A DNA stretch of 64,000 nt, taken from assembly GCA_048128005.1 (NCBI GenBank), contig JBEUKZ010000123.1, positions 310,001 to 374,000 on the forward strand, read 5' to 3'. Source of the DNA: Veleropilina oligotropha (lineage: Eukaryota). Positions 14,526-25,911 of the stretch are shown here, one piece after another (the first letter of the stretch is position 1; each line of letters begins with the position of its first letter). A program made the position numbers and the translations under genes. The notes beneath the pieces are model-generated. The model did not search any database, was not told the DNA's origin, and worked only from the letters and a program-made list of their open reading frames with translations.

Positions 14526-15150
14526 TTTATCACATGTCTTGGTCATTTTCTCATAGTGCAGCACTGTGTATTATTCGTCGTAATACACGTGTCTCAAAAT
14601 CATATCGAAATGCGATTGGCTGTTTACAAAGAGACCTTAAAGTAACCAATGAAAACGCAAGTGACGTAACGTCATCCGAAAAATTGCCTTATATAGAAAC
14701 GATTTTGGTCAAACTCAATCCAAAACGTAATCGACGATAAAGTGTCGCACATAGATGTTTAGACTATCGTTGTAAATTTTAAGCACAAATAATATTCATT
14801 ATTCTTTTTCATTTAGATAACATATATAAAATTTTAGCATTTTATCTTCACATATTTGCTTTTTAATCTTTAATTATACTTTTACAAACACGTAAACATT
14901 GTATTTCGTAGCAAATTTCACTATTTTTGTATTGCGTGAGTATGACGTCATTCTATCTTACTTACAATGCGCCGTAGTGTCAACGTCGCTACTTTCTAAT
15001 AGCGAAGTTGTGAATTGTTTTAAATTAATTTTATCATAAACAGACATGTGATAAATAGAACATCACATTCGTGGTGGTGTAATATCACATTTATGAAACT
15101 CGTTTCATAAATGTGATATTACACCACCACTCATGTGAGATCCTCTATTT
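14526..15150 (+). mobile_element. Non-autonomous Crypton-like element
   Basis: Same 5' end (tttatcacat..gtattattcgtcgtaata) and 3' hairpin/end (gagatcctctattt) as the YR-encoding element at 33487-35582. It is inserted at a TTT in the CR1 RT. Confidence 0.8.
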
Positions 15151-16092
15151 CTCATATATTTAAATGACATTGATGACGTCATTACATCTCTAGTAAAAAA
15201 AGTACGCAGACGATACCAAATTGTGACTTAAATAATGTGGTAAAGTGGTCTGAGTATTGGCAAATGCTTTTCAACACCAGCAAATGTAAAGTAATGCATG
15301 TGGGCTATAACAACAATACCTATAATTATGAAATGGCTTCAGAAACTTTACAAGAAGTGGCAAAAGAAAAAGACTTGGATGTATGGGCAGCCAAGACATT
15401 TAAACCATCAAATCAATGTGCAGAATCAGCCAAAAAGGAAAATCAAATACTAGTATTGGGAATGATAAAGAGAAACTTTAATTTTAAATCTAAAGCCATC
15501 ATAACACGCCTATACAAACAAATGGTTAGACCGCATTTAGAATATGCAGACATGGTGTCCAGATATCTGTCAAAGGACATCCAAATTCTAGAAGAGCCAC
15601 AAAATTGATAAGAGAATTGAGGGAATTACCATATGAGGACAGACTAAGAGCACCCAACCTCACAACATTATCTTTATGAAGGATAAGGGGTGATATGATT
15701 CAAGTGTTTAAAATGTTTACAGGAAAAGACAACGTTGACAATAGTTTCCCTTTTCAGATGAACCAAAGGCATATAATAGGCTATCATGGACGCAGGGGGC
15801 ATCAATACAAGATTTGCAAAAAACGATTCCGACTGGACGGTGAAAACACTTTTTCTCAAATCGGATTGTCGATGAATGGAATAATCTTCCAAATAATGTG
15901 GTGGAATCGGTATCTGTAAACCAATTTTAAAATCCCAAATGAGCTTTTCAAGAAGCAGGGCAGGTTATAGATGACAAGACAACTACAATTAATGGGTTTT
16001 TATATGAGTGGCATGCAGTAATGCGCTTTCTAAACCCAAACAAATTTTATTTAATCTATTTATATCCTCGAAAAAATACGTTTTTTTAGGAT

Positions 16093-16230
<138 letters not shown>

Positions 16231-16254
16231 CCTATGCCTTCTCTTACAAACCTG

Positions 16255-16990
16255 AGGCCGTTCCTACAGCCGTGTGGTTTCGTTTGCAGACTCCGAAAAT
16301 CACTGGCTTCATTCCGCTGACACGAACAGTACCGTTCGAATCTCGGTTGGGACATGTTATGAATCACAGTCATATCCGTATATAAACTGGTCGGAGAGGG
16401 CGGGTTTTCCCGGGCGACCGGGCTTTCCTCCCGCGGTATTATGGACATGTCCTGCTTTAATTGAACCCGATGGTTGTAAATACCGTAAAGCTTCTATAAT
16501 AAACGCCCGTGCGTTAAACGATTTCAGGTAGGCTACCTCGTAGACCCGGCGTCTATTAGAGACCGGGGTCTATTAATTTCGTTGACTATTTCTGTACTTA
16601 GAACTTCACATTCACGTGGTGACCAGGTCTACTTGTAAACATGAAATCCTGGAATGCTGCTTTCAAAAGGCCAAATATATTCACTTATTCTTGACATTCA
16701 TGAAATAAATCGTCAGAGAGCACGTGGAGTCGTCCAGACAGATTAAGTACGTGAACACGTGTACAGTATACTTTTAAATTTGGGCGTGCCCGTTGTTTTC
16801 ATACATCTCTGACTGACACGGTGTTTATTAAAGGCCCGGCGACTATTAATTTCAATACACTCATGATCATACACCCGGCGTCTATTAGAGGCCGGCGTCT
16901 ATTAGAGGCCGGCGTCTATTAGAGACCCGGCTACTATTAGAAGCTTTACGGTATACTAGTACATGATATTAAGCATCGATCCTGTCCTCT
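16255..16990 (+). mobile_element. SINE family A copy interrupted by a MITE
   Basis: tRNA-like head (gttcgaatc B-box) and family core. The tail resumes after 16953 (gatattaagcatcgatcctg). Confidence 0.7.
16483..16951. mobile_element. Tc1/mariner-pogo-type MITE, TA TSD
   Basis: TA|CCGTAAAGCTTCTA...TAGAAGCTTTACGG|TA, with subterminal CCGGCGTCTATTAGAG repeats. Confidence 0.8.
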
Positions 16991-17004
16991 CTTACGAACT
17001 CCTG

Positions 17005-17136
17005 GGCCCAAGATTATAAAGGTCTGATGAATACGATCTCATGCTCTGGTGACTGTTTCGTACTCAAATCAACACTATTGATCATTGGCAGACTCTGCTC
17101 GAGCTGAGTTTCATAGAGTCTTTATAATCTTGGGCC
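17005..17136. mobile_element. PIF/Harbinger-like short MITE, CTG TSD
   Basis: CTG|GGCCCAAGATTATAAAG...CTTTATAATCTTGGGCC|CTG. Confidence 0.75.
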
Positions 17137-18004
17137 CTGGTAACAAGCCTGTGTTGATTGCATAATATAAATTCGATAAGATTAATATATACTATAATGT
17201 ACGTTACAAATAAACACCAACGCGTGGTTGTAGATATATATATATAGCCTATATTAGAAAGAAAAATATAACCGCGCAAACGGACCTATTAATTGACCTC
17301 TTGTTGAAGATCATTTATTTGTGCAATAGTCCATGAATTATTGATGGAGGAGTAACACGTCGCTTTATTACGGTGATAATCGTTTGATTATGGCGATTTA
17401 GGTCATACGTGCGCTACGCGGCATCTCACATTTTACACCAGCTGTGCGCGCCTCAATTGTTATTTTTAGACATACTATAGGCCTAGTTTTGTGCAGATTG
17501 TATGTGTAGGGCTATTATAGTTAGAATGTATGCGTAGAGCTTTTTACCACAGGATCATACTTGTTCATAAAATAACTCATGTAGGAAATCTTAGATTACT
17601 GATTTTCATGTTATTTTATATAAATATTTGAAGATGCGCATATTTACGCGTCGAAACGCGCCCCTAAACACGCTACATTTTAATAGTGTGGAATGTTATG
17701 AGTTATGATGCTTCATTTTAATTTATCTATATTTGTATGCCGAAATTTTAATCAGGCCACGTTGATATAAACGATAGTTTATTCATTATTTAGAGTGTTT
17801 GCAGTTTTGTACAAGGTAGGACACAAGGAACAGCCGAAATAAAACTGTCCCACAATGCAACTTTTTAGCGGCTCTGGGCATGCGTAATAAGAGATCTTCG
17901 TGTCCTGAGTCGCGTTTGGTGCGGCGACTTCGCTTGAAACAACGCAGAATTGCGGACATTTATGTCAACGAAAAGACGCGTATTTTGTCGAGTTTTACAC
18001 AGGT

Positions 18005-18589
18005 ATGTCTGGACCGAAGTACAGGGACTGGATTCTAGAAACCATTGATCAGTTACGAAAGAGGAAAGCCCGTCCAGACCTGGAACGAATTTGTCACATG
18101 GTTGAGCGTCGTTACGGCCTAACTTTTTTAGAAACAGAACACGACATCGAAAAATTGGTGGAAGAAGAAGCAATTATAAAGGTGGACTATAAAGGCAGTA
18201 CAAGTTACCGAAATGCGGCTAAATGGCGCAGAAATCACTTTGGTGTTCCAGTTAGCACTTCGTCGCATTTCTTATTGAGTGATAAAATTTGCAACGCAGT
18301 GCGCCAGTTAAACAAATCGGAATTCACGAACGGCGAAAAAGGAGCGAACATAACGGACATCGAAAATAGTTTAGTTTCTATTTCGCAGGAGTCTCAATTG
18401 TTGAAAAGTCACCTCCAAATATACCTGCAGCGGGAGATTCACTGCGGACGGCTGAAAAAGTTACCGAATGGTAATTTTGTCATAGCGCAACCACGATTCA
18501 AGCAAGCGAAAATGAAGACGGCCCACGCGAAATCGACCTCTGCCAATCCCATCCCGAGTAAACGAGGCAGGCCGCCGACAAAACGGAAG
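18005..18589 (+). CDS. SAMD1: SAMD1-like gene exon 1: SAMD1/KAT6-type winged helix, second WH/H15-like region, AT-hook
   Basis: YRDWILETIDQLRKRKARPDLERICHMV..VDYKGSTSYRNAAKW is a SAMD1-like WH. KRGRPP is an AT-hook. Donor AAG|GTTCGT, phase 0. Confidence 0.9.
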
Positions 18590-19240
18590 GTTCGTGCGAA
18601 AACAAAAGTTTGTTACGAAAAAGTTATCATTAGCGCATTTCTTTGATGTGTTGTTTATGTAAAAAGTACATTACAATTATATTGTACTATTAACTATACC
18701 GGTATTTGATTATTTCATTCAAATTTCAATAACTTTTTCATTATTAAAACTTACAGGCATTGATTATTTATTTTAACGCCGGTATAATCGGTGGCATTTT
18801 GTATAACAACTTTTATTTATTTGCAGGGTTCATTCTTATCCAAATCGGTATATTGCAGATGGTGTGCTGCAGATCTATTGATTTTCCATGTGGCCTACTT
18901 TCAGATTTCTCATCGAATTTTTTCGTCGGATGCGCGCGTCTAGCTGGGTCTGTTCAAGCCTTTTGCTTGGCTAGGCTAGCTCGATATTGATTTTCAGCCG
19001 ACGTCTAAATAGTAAATGGTTTTGGTCTGTTTATGTTTTATAAAGAGCGAAAAATGAAAAACGCAATTCCTATGACGAACGAGGCCAAATAATTACTTCA
19101 AATTATAATTTTATTATAATAAAATTATTTGAAGTTAAATTAAGTATTGATATATTAAGTAGGCCTATATTTTTTATTTTTTTTATTAATATTTATTATT
19201 ATTTTATTTCGACATACAGTACAAACTGTTCTCGACATTT

Positions 19241-20857
19241 AACTGGTAGAGTGTGGAAAAATCGCTCCCAACTAGATTGGCTAATGCTAACATGCAAAAC
19301 TACCAGAAGGGATGGCTTAAAAACATGTCAGCCGCCCTTTGGAGGAGATGTTTAAAAACTTACACTAGTCGGCCAGCGGGCTATGGAAGGATATTTTAAA
19401 ATAATGCTTAGCGTTGTTTTATAAGCAAAGCAAGGGCAATCAGAGGAGATTGCTAACCCTCGCCCCAGGGCCAAGGAAGATGATGGCGGGAATCAGAAAT
19501 GTCTATGATAAATATTTCTGAACATGAATTACAATCATGAAAATCCTAAAACTGGAAATTGCGTCATAACATTCGGATCCGGATTCCTCCGGACCGGATC
19601 TTCTTCGAGAAGAACCAAGTCAAGGGTTAAACCTATCTTGTGTGTTAACTTGGATTAAATCTGATTAAAGTTAAAACTTAAGTTATGCTAATGGACATCC
19701 ATGGTTTAATAATGTGGGAAAAATAATTTTTGTTCCCCCTTTGGCAGTCATGTTGTTTAAATGTAGATGCTGCTAGATAATTCATTATGTGATATCATTG
19801 TCCTATGATGTCAACAACATTTTTAGCTTAATTTGAACTTTGTATGGCGAAGTATTTAAACACTTTGCCAAAATCCGAAAACCGGAAATTGCATCGTAGC
19901 ATCCGGATTCCTAATTGGGTCTTTTTCGAGGAGGATGAGCCAAGGGTTAAACATATCTTGTATTGTAATTTGGAGTAAATCTGAGTTATGTTAAAGAGAC
20001 TATTGCCCGTAAATGCGCTCTTTCGCACGAGTTGTCTCTGTCACGAATTGTTTCTGGCACGAATTGTCCCGACATCATCTATCGCCCGGTTCGCGCAGAT
20101 TGATATAAATTTCGCGAAGATATGATCTATATATGATCAAATGATAGACTTTTATTGAAATTATTATTGTAACTGGGCAATATATGTTATTGTCAAGTAG
20201 AAAGCTATCTTACTTGACGAGCAGAAACCAACGCAACTGTGCTCCAACTAGGTCAATTTGAAATGCACTCTGTGCGAGGTAATTAAACGCGGACCGCGTT
20301 TTATTATTTTTAAATATTCAGTAGCGATTAATTTAAACGGTAGCAAATTACTGACGAAAGTTGAATGTTGAAAATTCCTAACTTTTATGTTATAAACAAA
20401 AAGTGTAATGCTGTTTGTTTTCTTTTTAAAAAAGAAAGAGTGCATTTACGGGCAATAGTCTCTTTAATGTACATGCATGGTTTAATAATGTGGGCAAAAT
20501 CAATATTGTCCCACTCTGGCAGCCATCTTGTTTAATATAGATGCTAGATAATTCATCATATCGTTGTCCTATATGTCAAGAACATTTTGAGCTTAATTTG
20601 AACTTTGTATGGCGAAGCATTATAAGCTAACTCTACAGCCCCAAAACCGGAAGTGCAGCATAACATCCGTATCTGCGTACCTATCCGGATCATCTTCGAG
20701 AAGAACATTACCAAGGATGAAACGTATCTTTTGTTGAATTTTGGAGAAAATCGGGTCAATTTTTTTTAGATATGATGGAATTTAGACAGACAGACAGACA
20801 CACAAGCACACAGAATCAATTACAATACCCCGCCTTCTCCGGAAGCGAGGGTAATTA
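19241..20857 (-). mobile_element. Probable HINE-like element with internal repeats in intron 1
   Basis: A (CAGA)n microsatellite and a short inverted repeat (taccccgc..gcgagggta) at the right end, plus duplicated ~330-bp internal units (tttaataatgtggg..gatgctagataattcat). Confidence 0.45.
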
Positions 20858-21108
20858 CTAAATGTCACTATGTGTATTGGGGTTTACAATCTTTTCAAGA
20901 CCTGAAGAGAAGAGTTATGGAATCAAATGCTGCTTATTGAAAATTCACATTTCATCTATATAAGCGATTATTGTGGAACAAGAAATATTTGTGAGTAATT
21001 ATTTCTGGTACAAAAAGAATTCGCTTCAGTTTTCGAAGTATTTCAGTTTGGAAAAATACTGTAGTTATTCTGTAAATTCAAATTCATTGCCTTGTTTGAA
21101 TTTTGTAG

Positions 21109-21262
21109 CGTTTCAAGAAAAGCCATGGTCCGGACTTTGAGTCTTATAGCGTGACTAAGGCGAAGACAGATGAAAAATGCGATTACTGTCTGATGAATGC
21201 AAAAAGCAACGTCAATGGACGGTTTGAGGAGTTGCTGGTTTGCAAAGACTGCAATGCTAAAG
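21109..21262 (+). CDS. SAMD1: SAMD1-like exon 2 (PHD1 N-part)
   Basis: ttttgtag|RFKKSHGPDFE..CDYC..ELLVCKDCNAK G|gtttga; phases match the neighbouring exons. Confidence 0.9.
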
Positions 21263-21669
21263 GTTTGATCATGTTTGTAATTATCTTAAATGTTCACAAT
21301 TTCTTATTCAGATGATTATTTGATTTATTGGTTCAGGGTCGTAAAGAGAGCTAAGCCAATATTGAGTCATCCATACGGAGCCTCATTATGAACGGTAACC
21401 AATGATTAAGCCTGAAAATTTGTGTTTACTGACATTCAGATTGTATTCATTCAATCTTTGCCCTATGTCAGTATGTGTGTATTATGATTGAATATGAACA
21501 AGGCCGCTCCAGTAGTCCTGTGGTATCGAGTGCCGACTATCGCAGTTATCCGTATCTGTCCGGACAGGGCGACTTTCTTCCCACGATAATATGGTCATGA
21601 CCTGCCTTGAACCTGAAGGTTGTAAATATACAGGACATTAAATATGAATGTGCCTATTTTTTCTTTCAG

Positions 21670-21782
21670 CACATCCATCTTGCATGGACTACTCGGAGGT
21701 TCTCGCCAAGCGTGCGCACTCCTCGCCGTGGCAGTGCATCGACTGCAAAACGTGCTACGTGTGTGAGGACTCTGGCGAAGCC
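21670..21782 (+). CDS. SAMD1: SAMD1-like exon 3 (PHD1 end / PHD2 start)
   Basis: tttcag|AHPSCMDYS..WQCIDCKTCYVCEDSGEA|gtgagt, a DPF-type double PHD. Confidence 0.92.
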
Positions 21783-22991
21783 GTGAGTAGCCATTTTGAT
21801 GAAAACCTGCAGGCAAGATACATTTCTCCACCTCTAGTTCAACCGTTCTGTTTAATATTAAACATTGTGCATTAACCGTTAAATTGTGTACTAATAATCT
21901 TATAAATTGTACCGATCTGTTTATATTATTGCATTTTGAAAGTCTATTTTTATGCCCCCGTCCATCTCGAAAACCAGTATTTTCGTGCAAGTGACTCTGA
22001 TTTTTGGTGCTCCTATGGTCAAGGCTACCAATGCACATTCCAGTTGAAAATAAGATTTCACATTTGTTTTCTCATCTGCAACATCAAATGAATATGGAAT
22101 ATATAGGGACAAAGGACTGACACGAATGTCCCTTGTTGTGTATCACACTGTATGTCATGTTTTGCTGACCCCAGACCATGCGTGGTCCATGACGCTGCTC
22201 TTCCGTCCAGTGGATCTGTGTCCACGTCCTCTGGTTTTAGCCTCCTTTTGGTCATTAATACAATAATGATCAGTCATCATCCTTTCTAACATTAAACAGG
22301 TTAAAGGCTACAGTTTTGTCTATCCATCGATGTACATGACGATAATTGCCTATAGATGCAGAATCCAGTTCCCATAAAAATGCTTGTCGCAAAGGGTTGG
22401 TGCCAATATGAAAGAATGCTCAACCTAACGTTCTGATGTCGTATAGGCCTTTGACTGTTCTTGTGTTATTATGCTGCTAATCGAATGGCGGTATTCGATG
22501 TGACGACCAGCTCATTTGCAAAACATTCCCACCATAATCAAGCCCATTATTCATGGCCTATCAATGTCAGATAACCTTCTACGATCATATTATAGCTACG
22601 GAGGACTGTTCTGGTCATTACCAGTCCAAATGGATTTTAGAAATTCCCGTTGCGTTTGTACGAAAATGCTAAACTTTTTCAGGGAGCGCTTAATCTTTTT
22701 TCCAGGTGTTTGCATGCTGGTTTTATTTCATTGATTTAAATTGACATGTTTTTTGTATGCGTTCCAATTTGATGTTAAATATTGGTTTAATATCACATTT
22801 GACATTTTAAGTTATTTAGGAATTTTTTTGGATATGCCAATTATGAGTATGAATAGAATTTACACTGCAGCGAATGAAATAACATTTTGTTGTAAGTTAG
22901 AAAGTTCGTAATCATTACTGCTACTATTAGTAACTAAGGTTATAAAAATCCATTGTTGTTTACAGATGTCGACTGTACTAATAGCTAGATT

Positions 22992-23197
22992 AGCAGCAGG
23001 GGGGGTGACCATACCTTTTATGTGGGGGCGCGGCGAGGGAAATTAAGGCTCCCAGCACCTTTTCAGAATTAATATGGATCTCAACTCAGCAGCAGGGGGG
23101 GTGAGTGTACTTTTTAGAATGGGAAAATAAGGCTCCCAGCACCTGTTCAGAACTCAGGGTAGCTCGGACTAGTCAGCAGGGGAGTTTAGACTAGGGC
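22992..23197 (+). repeat. Left TIR (206 bp)
   Basis: Reverse complement of 30517-30722, with 5 mismatches by manual alignment, all in the inner half. Confidence 0.95.
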
Positions 23198-23407
23198 ATA
23201 GTAGCATAACAACGGTATGACAACAGGAAAATATAGGACGACTTATGCGGTTATGAATACGGCAATAGCTGATCGCCGACCTGGAGGCCGACCCGTTCAT
23301 CTCACATGCCCTGACCACTGCAAGCTGTGAGCTGTATTATAAATATGGCATGTACCTCGCACCGCTGACCGCAGCGTTGACCACGGCTAAGCACTGCCAA
23401 TTTGGAC

Positions 23408-23929
23408 ATGTTTGCCCGCCTAAAATACCAGATCAAGATGACGACGCCGGAAGTGGACCAAGTGATCGAGAGCCAGCCGATCGAGAGCCAGCCGATAGAG
23501 AGGGTGACTTCTTCGACGGACTCATCAGTGAGTAAAAAGGACCCGAAGAAGGTCGCAGCAGGGCGGGCCGGCGCTGCTGCTCGAAAAGCCAAGCAGGAGA
23601 AGCTACTGGCCGCGGTTCGAAAAATGAAAGAAGACCTGAGTGCCCCAACAAGTGTTGTCGTTCCATCAGAACAGCCCGGGGAGGCGGTTCCAGCTGCAGA
23701 AAGACCGCGTGCGCCAGATACACGGAAATCGGACCTATTTAATTGGACCCAGGTAGCCGTCGCTGCCGGTACGGTTGCGTTGGTATTTGTTGTCTGGAAG
23801 ACGTCCTCAGAACGCAGCAACCCTGGTCCATCCACACCACATCAACAGCCACCAGACGCGGACGCTAGGCAGCCTCGGGCCACCCCCACTATCGAATTGA
23901 AGAAGCAGAACCCTTTTCATATGCAATAG
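23408..23929 (+). CDS. Element ORF1: basic/coiled protein with one hydrophobic (TM-like) segment
   Basis: KDPKKVAAGRAGAAARKAK basic helix and WTQVAVAAGTVALVFVVW hydrophobic stretch. The start codon is uncertain (23408 or 23438). Confidence 0.7.
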   Translation: MFARLKYQIKMTTPEVDQVIESQPIESQPIERVTSSTDSSVSKKDPKKVAAGRAGAAARKAKQEKLLAAVRKMKEDLSAPTSVVVPSEQPGEAVPAAERPRAPDTRKSDLFNWTQVAVAAGTVALVFVVWKTSSERSNPGPSTPHQQPPDADARQPRATPTIELKKQNPFHMQ

Positions 23930-23954
23930 TCGCAAACGGTACTAATCAACAGTT

Positions 23955-24194
23955 ATGACTACCCCAATCACTGATGGAAAGATGCTCGGCAACGCTGTAT
24001 ACCACGCCGCTATAGTGTCAGGCCTCGCCATAGGCTACGCACGCCTGACAAAGATGGTATTCAAGGGAGCGAGCCCCAAACTGGACTTCACGGGGTACGA
24101 TGTCGGGATGGTCGTCCTCGACGTAGCGCTCGCCATGGCGACGAAAGACATGCTGATCAAGCAAGGCATCATTCCGGCCGATATATTGAAGTAG
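23955..24194 (+). CDS. Element ORF2: 79-aa hydrophobic protein (two putative membrane helices)
   Basis: AVYHAAIVSGLAIGYA and VGMVVLDVALAMA; tightly packed between ORF1 and ORF3. Confidence 0.75.
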   Translation: MTTPITDGKMLGNAVYHAAIVSGLAIGYARLTKMVFKGASPKLDFTGYDVGMVVLDVALAMATKDMLIKQGIIPADILK

Positions 24195-24225
24195 TGGGAC
24201 CTTGCTAGATAATCGCAGCATTTCA

Positions 24226-24657
24226 ATGGCTTCCATTGCGATGCTGGTTGGGGGCGCTCTCGTCAACGCCCTCGCCTTCAGCGGCTCGAACTTCCTCTTC
24301 TCGAAGCTACGCAGCTCCGGTGTCGATGCGGAGCGTAAACGCCACGACATTGCTGTAGAACAGCTCAACGCTGCTCAGACTAAATGGTCACAACAGAGGG
24401 CAGAGCGTCTCGACTGGCTGAACGTTGAACTTCGCCGCCAGGGTCATGCCGTTGGCACATTCCGGGATGTTGACGCCGCGATCCGTGAGTATGCATTGAT
24501 CACCGGCAAGAACCTTGACCCCACCGCTGTGGGAGGTGGCCCTGAGCCCCAGCTGTCTGACTACTACACACCGAGCGATGGCCAGAAGGGACGTGAGATC
24601 ACCTTCATCATCCTCGGGATGGCTGCGACCGGGTTGGTCGCCTACAAGCTCGCCTAA
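24226..24657 (+). CDS. Element ORF3: 143-aa protein with N- and C-terminal hydrophobic segments and a central coiled coil
   Basis: MASIAMLVGGALVNALAFSGSNFLF...ERKRHDIAVEQLNAAQTKW...ITFIILGMAATGLVAYKLA. Confidence 0.8.
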   Translation: MASIAMLVGGALVNALAFSGSNFLFSKLRSSGVDAERKRHDIAVEQLNAAQTKWSQQRAERLDWLNVELRRQGHAVGTFRDVDAAIREYALITGKNLDPTAVGGGPEPQLSDYYTPSDGQKGREITFIILGMAATGLVAYKLA

Positions 24658-24698
24658 TTATTTCCAGTGGACATTTTTTTCGTGTGCCAGGTATAATA

Positions 24699-24920
24699 AT
24701 GGGGCTCCCAGAAGAGCTGTACTGCGCTATGCTTGCGGTCGGCTATAGTACTACGTTACTCGACTGCTGGCGCCGCGACGAAAAGACTATGGTGCGGTTC
24801 GCGGTCCTGGTGCTCTCGGGCCCGACCAACCTACGGGCGACGACTGCGCAGCGACCGGCTCCGGAAGCTGAAGCCTGTTGGAGACTGATCAGTTTACTGG
24901 AATACATTGCTGATGGATAG
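24699..24920 (+). CDS. Element ORF4: 73-aa hypothetical protein
   Basis: ATG-initiated, fills the gap, and its stop overlaps the integrase start. Confidence 0.5.
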   Translation: MGLPEELYCAMLAVGYSTTLLDCWRRDEKTMVRFAVLVLSGPTNLRATTAQRPAPEAEACWRLISLLEYIADG

Positions 24921-25911
24921 TAAGCTTGCGAGGATGTACTACAGCCCTAAGGGCTACTGGAAAGGCATTGCCGCGATAAAGAAACTAGCTGACGCTGCCA
25001 AGGCGTCTGAAGTGGAGGCCCGGACATGGCTTAAGAGGCAGGCTATATGGCAGATCTATTTACCTGCGCCACGGCGGATTCCAAGACCAAAATTCGACGT
25101 CGTAACGCCAAACGAGGTTCACCAAGCCGACCTCCTGTTTCTCCCCCATGACAAGGTCAGACACAAGACCTATAAGTACGCTTTGACTGTGGTTGATGTG
25201 GCCAGTCGCTTTAAAGAGGCTGAGCCTCTGGTCACAAAAGAGGCCAAAGGGGTTGCTGAAGCACTAGCCCGAATCTACAGGCGGAGTCCTCTTGGCTGGC
25301 CGAAACTGCTTCAAGTCGATCCAGGGCGAGAGTTTATGGGCGCGGTTTCCCAGCTGCTGGCAAAGAATAACGTCGAGGTTAGGCGTGGCCGTGTGGATAT
25401 CCATCGCGATCAGGGCATTGTGGAGCGCTTCAACCGGACGCTCGCTGAGCGGCTCTTCGGGCACCAGTATGCAACAGAGATGCAGTTTGCAGAGTCTGCG
25501 AAAGAGGGTCAAAGGTCAACTGAGTGGGTCGCCCGGTTAGCAGCTGTAGTTGCGGCCTTGAATGGGGAAGTGACCAGGCTGACCGGTAAAAAGCCCAAGG
25601 ACGCCATCAAGGCACCTAGCGTTGCCCAAAAGCCAGGCGCCACTGTTCCAGGCCGACAGGGGAAGGAACAGCCACTCCCCTCTGACGTAGATGTTCGCTA
25701 CCTTTACTACGATGGTGAGCTGGAGGGGGGTCATCGCCGTGCTACTGACCCGGTGTGGTCTCTAAAAGTTTACAGGCTTGGACGCTCCGTCACTAAGCCT
25801 GACGAGCCTGTGCTCTACTACTTGCTGGATGGACCACCGCGTGGCTTCGTTCGTGAGGAACTTCTCGTGGTGCCTCGTGATACCCAGCTGCCGCCGGTTC
25901 TCAGGCGTTAA
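24913..25911 (+). CDS. Retroviral-like (rve) DDE integrase, Polinton type, 332 aa
   Basis: YYSPKGY N-terminus. Catalytic HQADL (D), LQVDPGREF (D) and IVERFNRTL (E), D(34)E spacing. C-terminal WS..VY..YYL..F.REEL; no chromodomain. Confidence 0.95.
   Translation: MDSKLARMYYSPKGYWKGIAAIKKLADAAKASEVEARTWLKRQAIWQIYLPAPRRIPRPKFDVVTPNEVHQADLLFLPHDKVRHKTYKYALTVVDVASRFKEAEPLVTKEAKGVAEALARIYRRSPLGWPKLLQVDPGREFMGAVSQLLAKNNVEVRRGRVDIHRDQGIVERFNRTLAERLFGHQYATEMQFAESAKEGQRSTEWVARLAAVVAALNGEVTRLTGKKPKDAIKAPSVAQKPGATVPGRQGKEQPLPSDVDVRYLYYDGELEGGHRRATDPVWSLKVYRLGRSVTKPDEPVLYYLLDGPPRGFVREELLVVPRDTQLPPVLRR

Larger units (their letters stand above)
13250..15960 (+). pseudogene. Degenerate CR1-type LINE RT, split by two insertions
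   Basis: LDFQKAFNKVPH, G(A)PQGSVL|GPLLF|LIYLNDID, YADDTK and LYKQMVRPHLEYA motifs reassemble when the 13813-14508 and 14526-15150 inserts are removed. Confidence 0.85.

Noticed and set aside
18590..18646. ORF-track extension VRAKTKVCYE.. as the true C-terminus
   Set aside because: Read-through into intron 1; the splice donor at 18590 joins in frame to the PHD exons.
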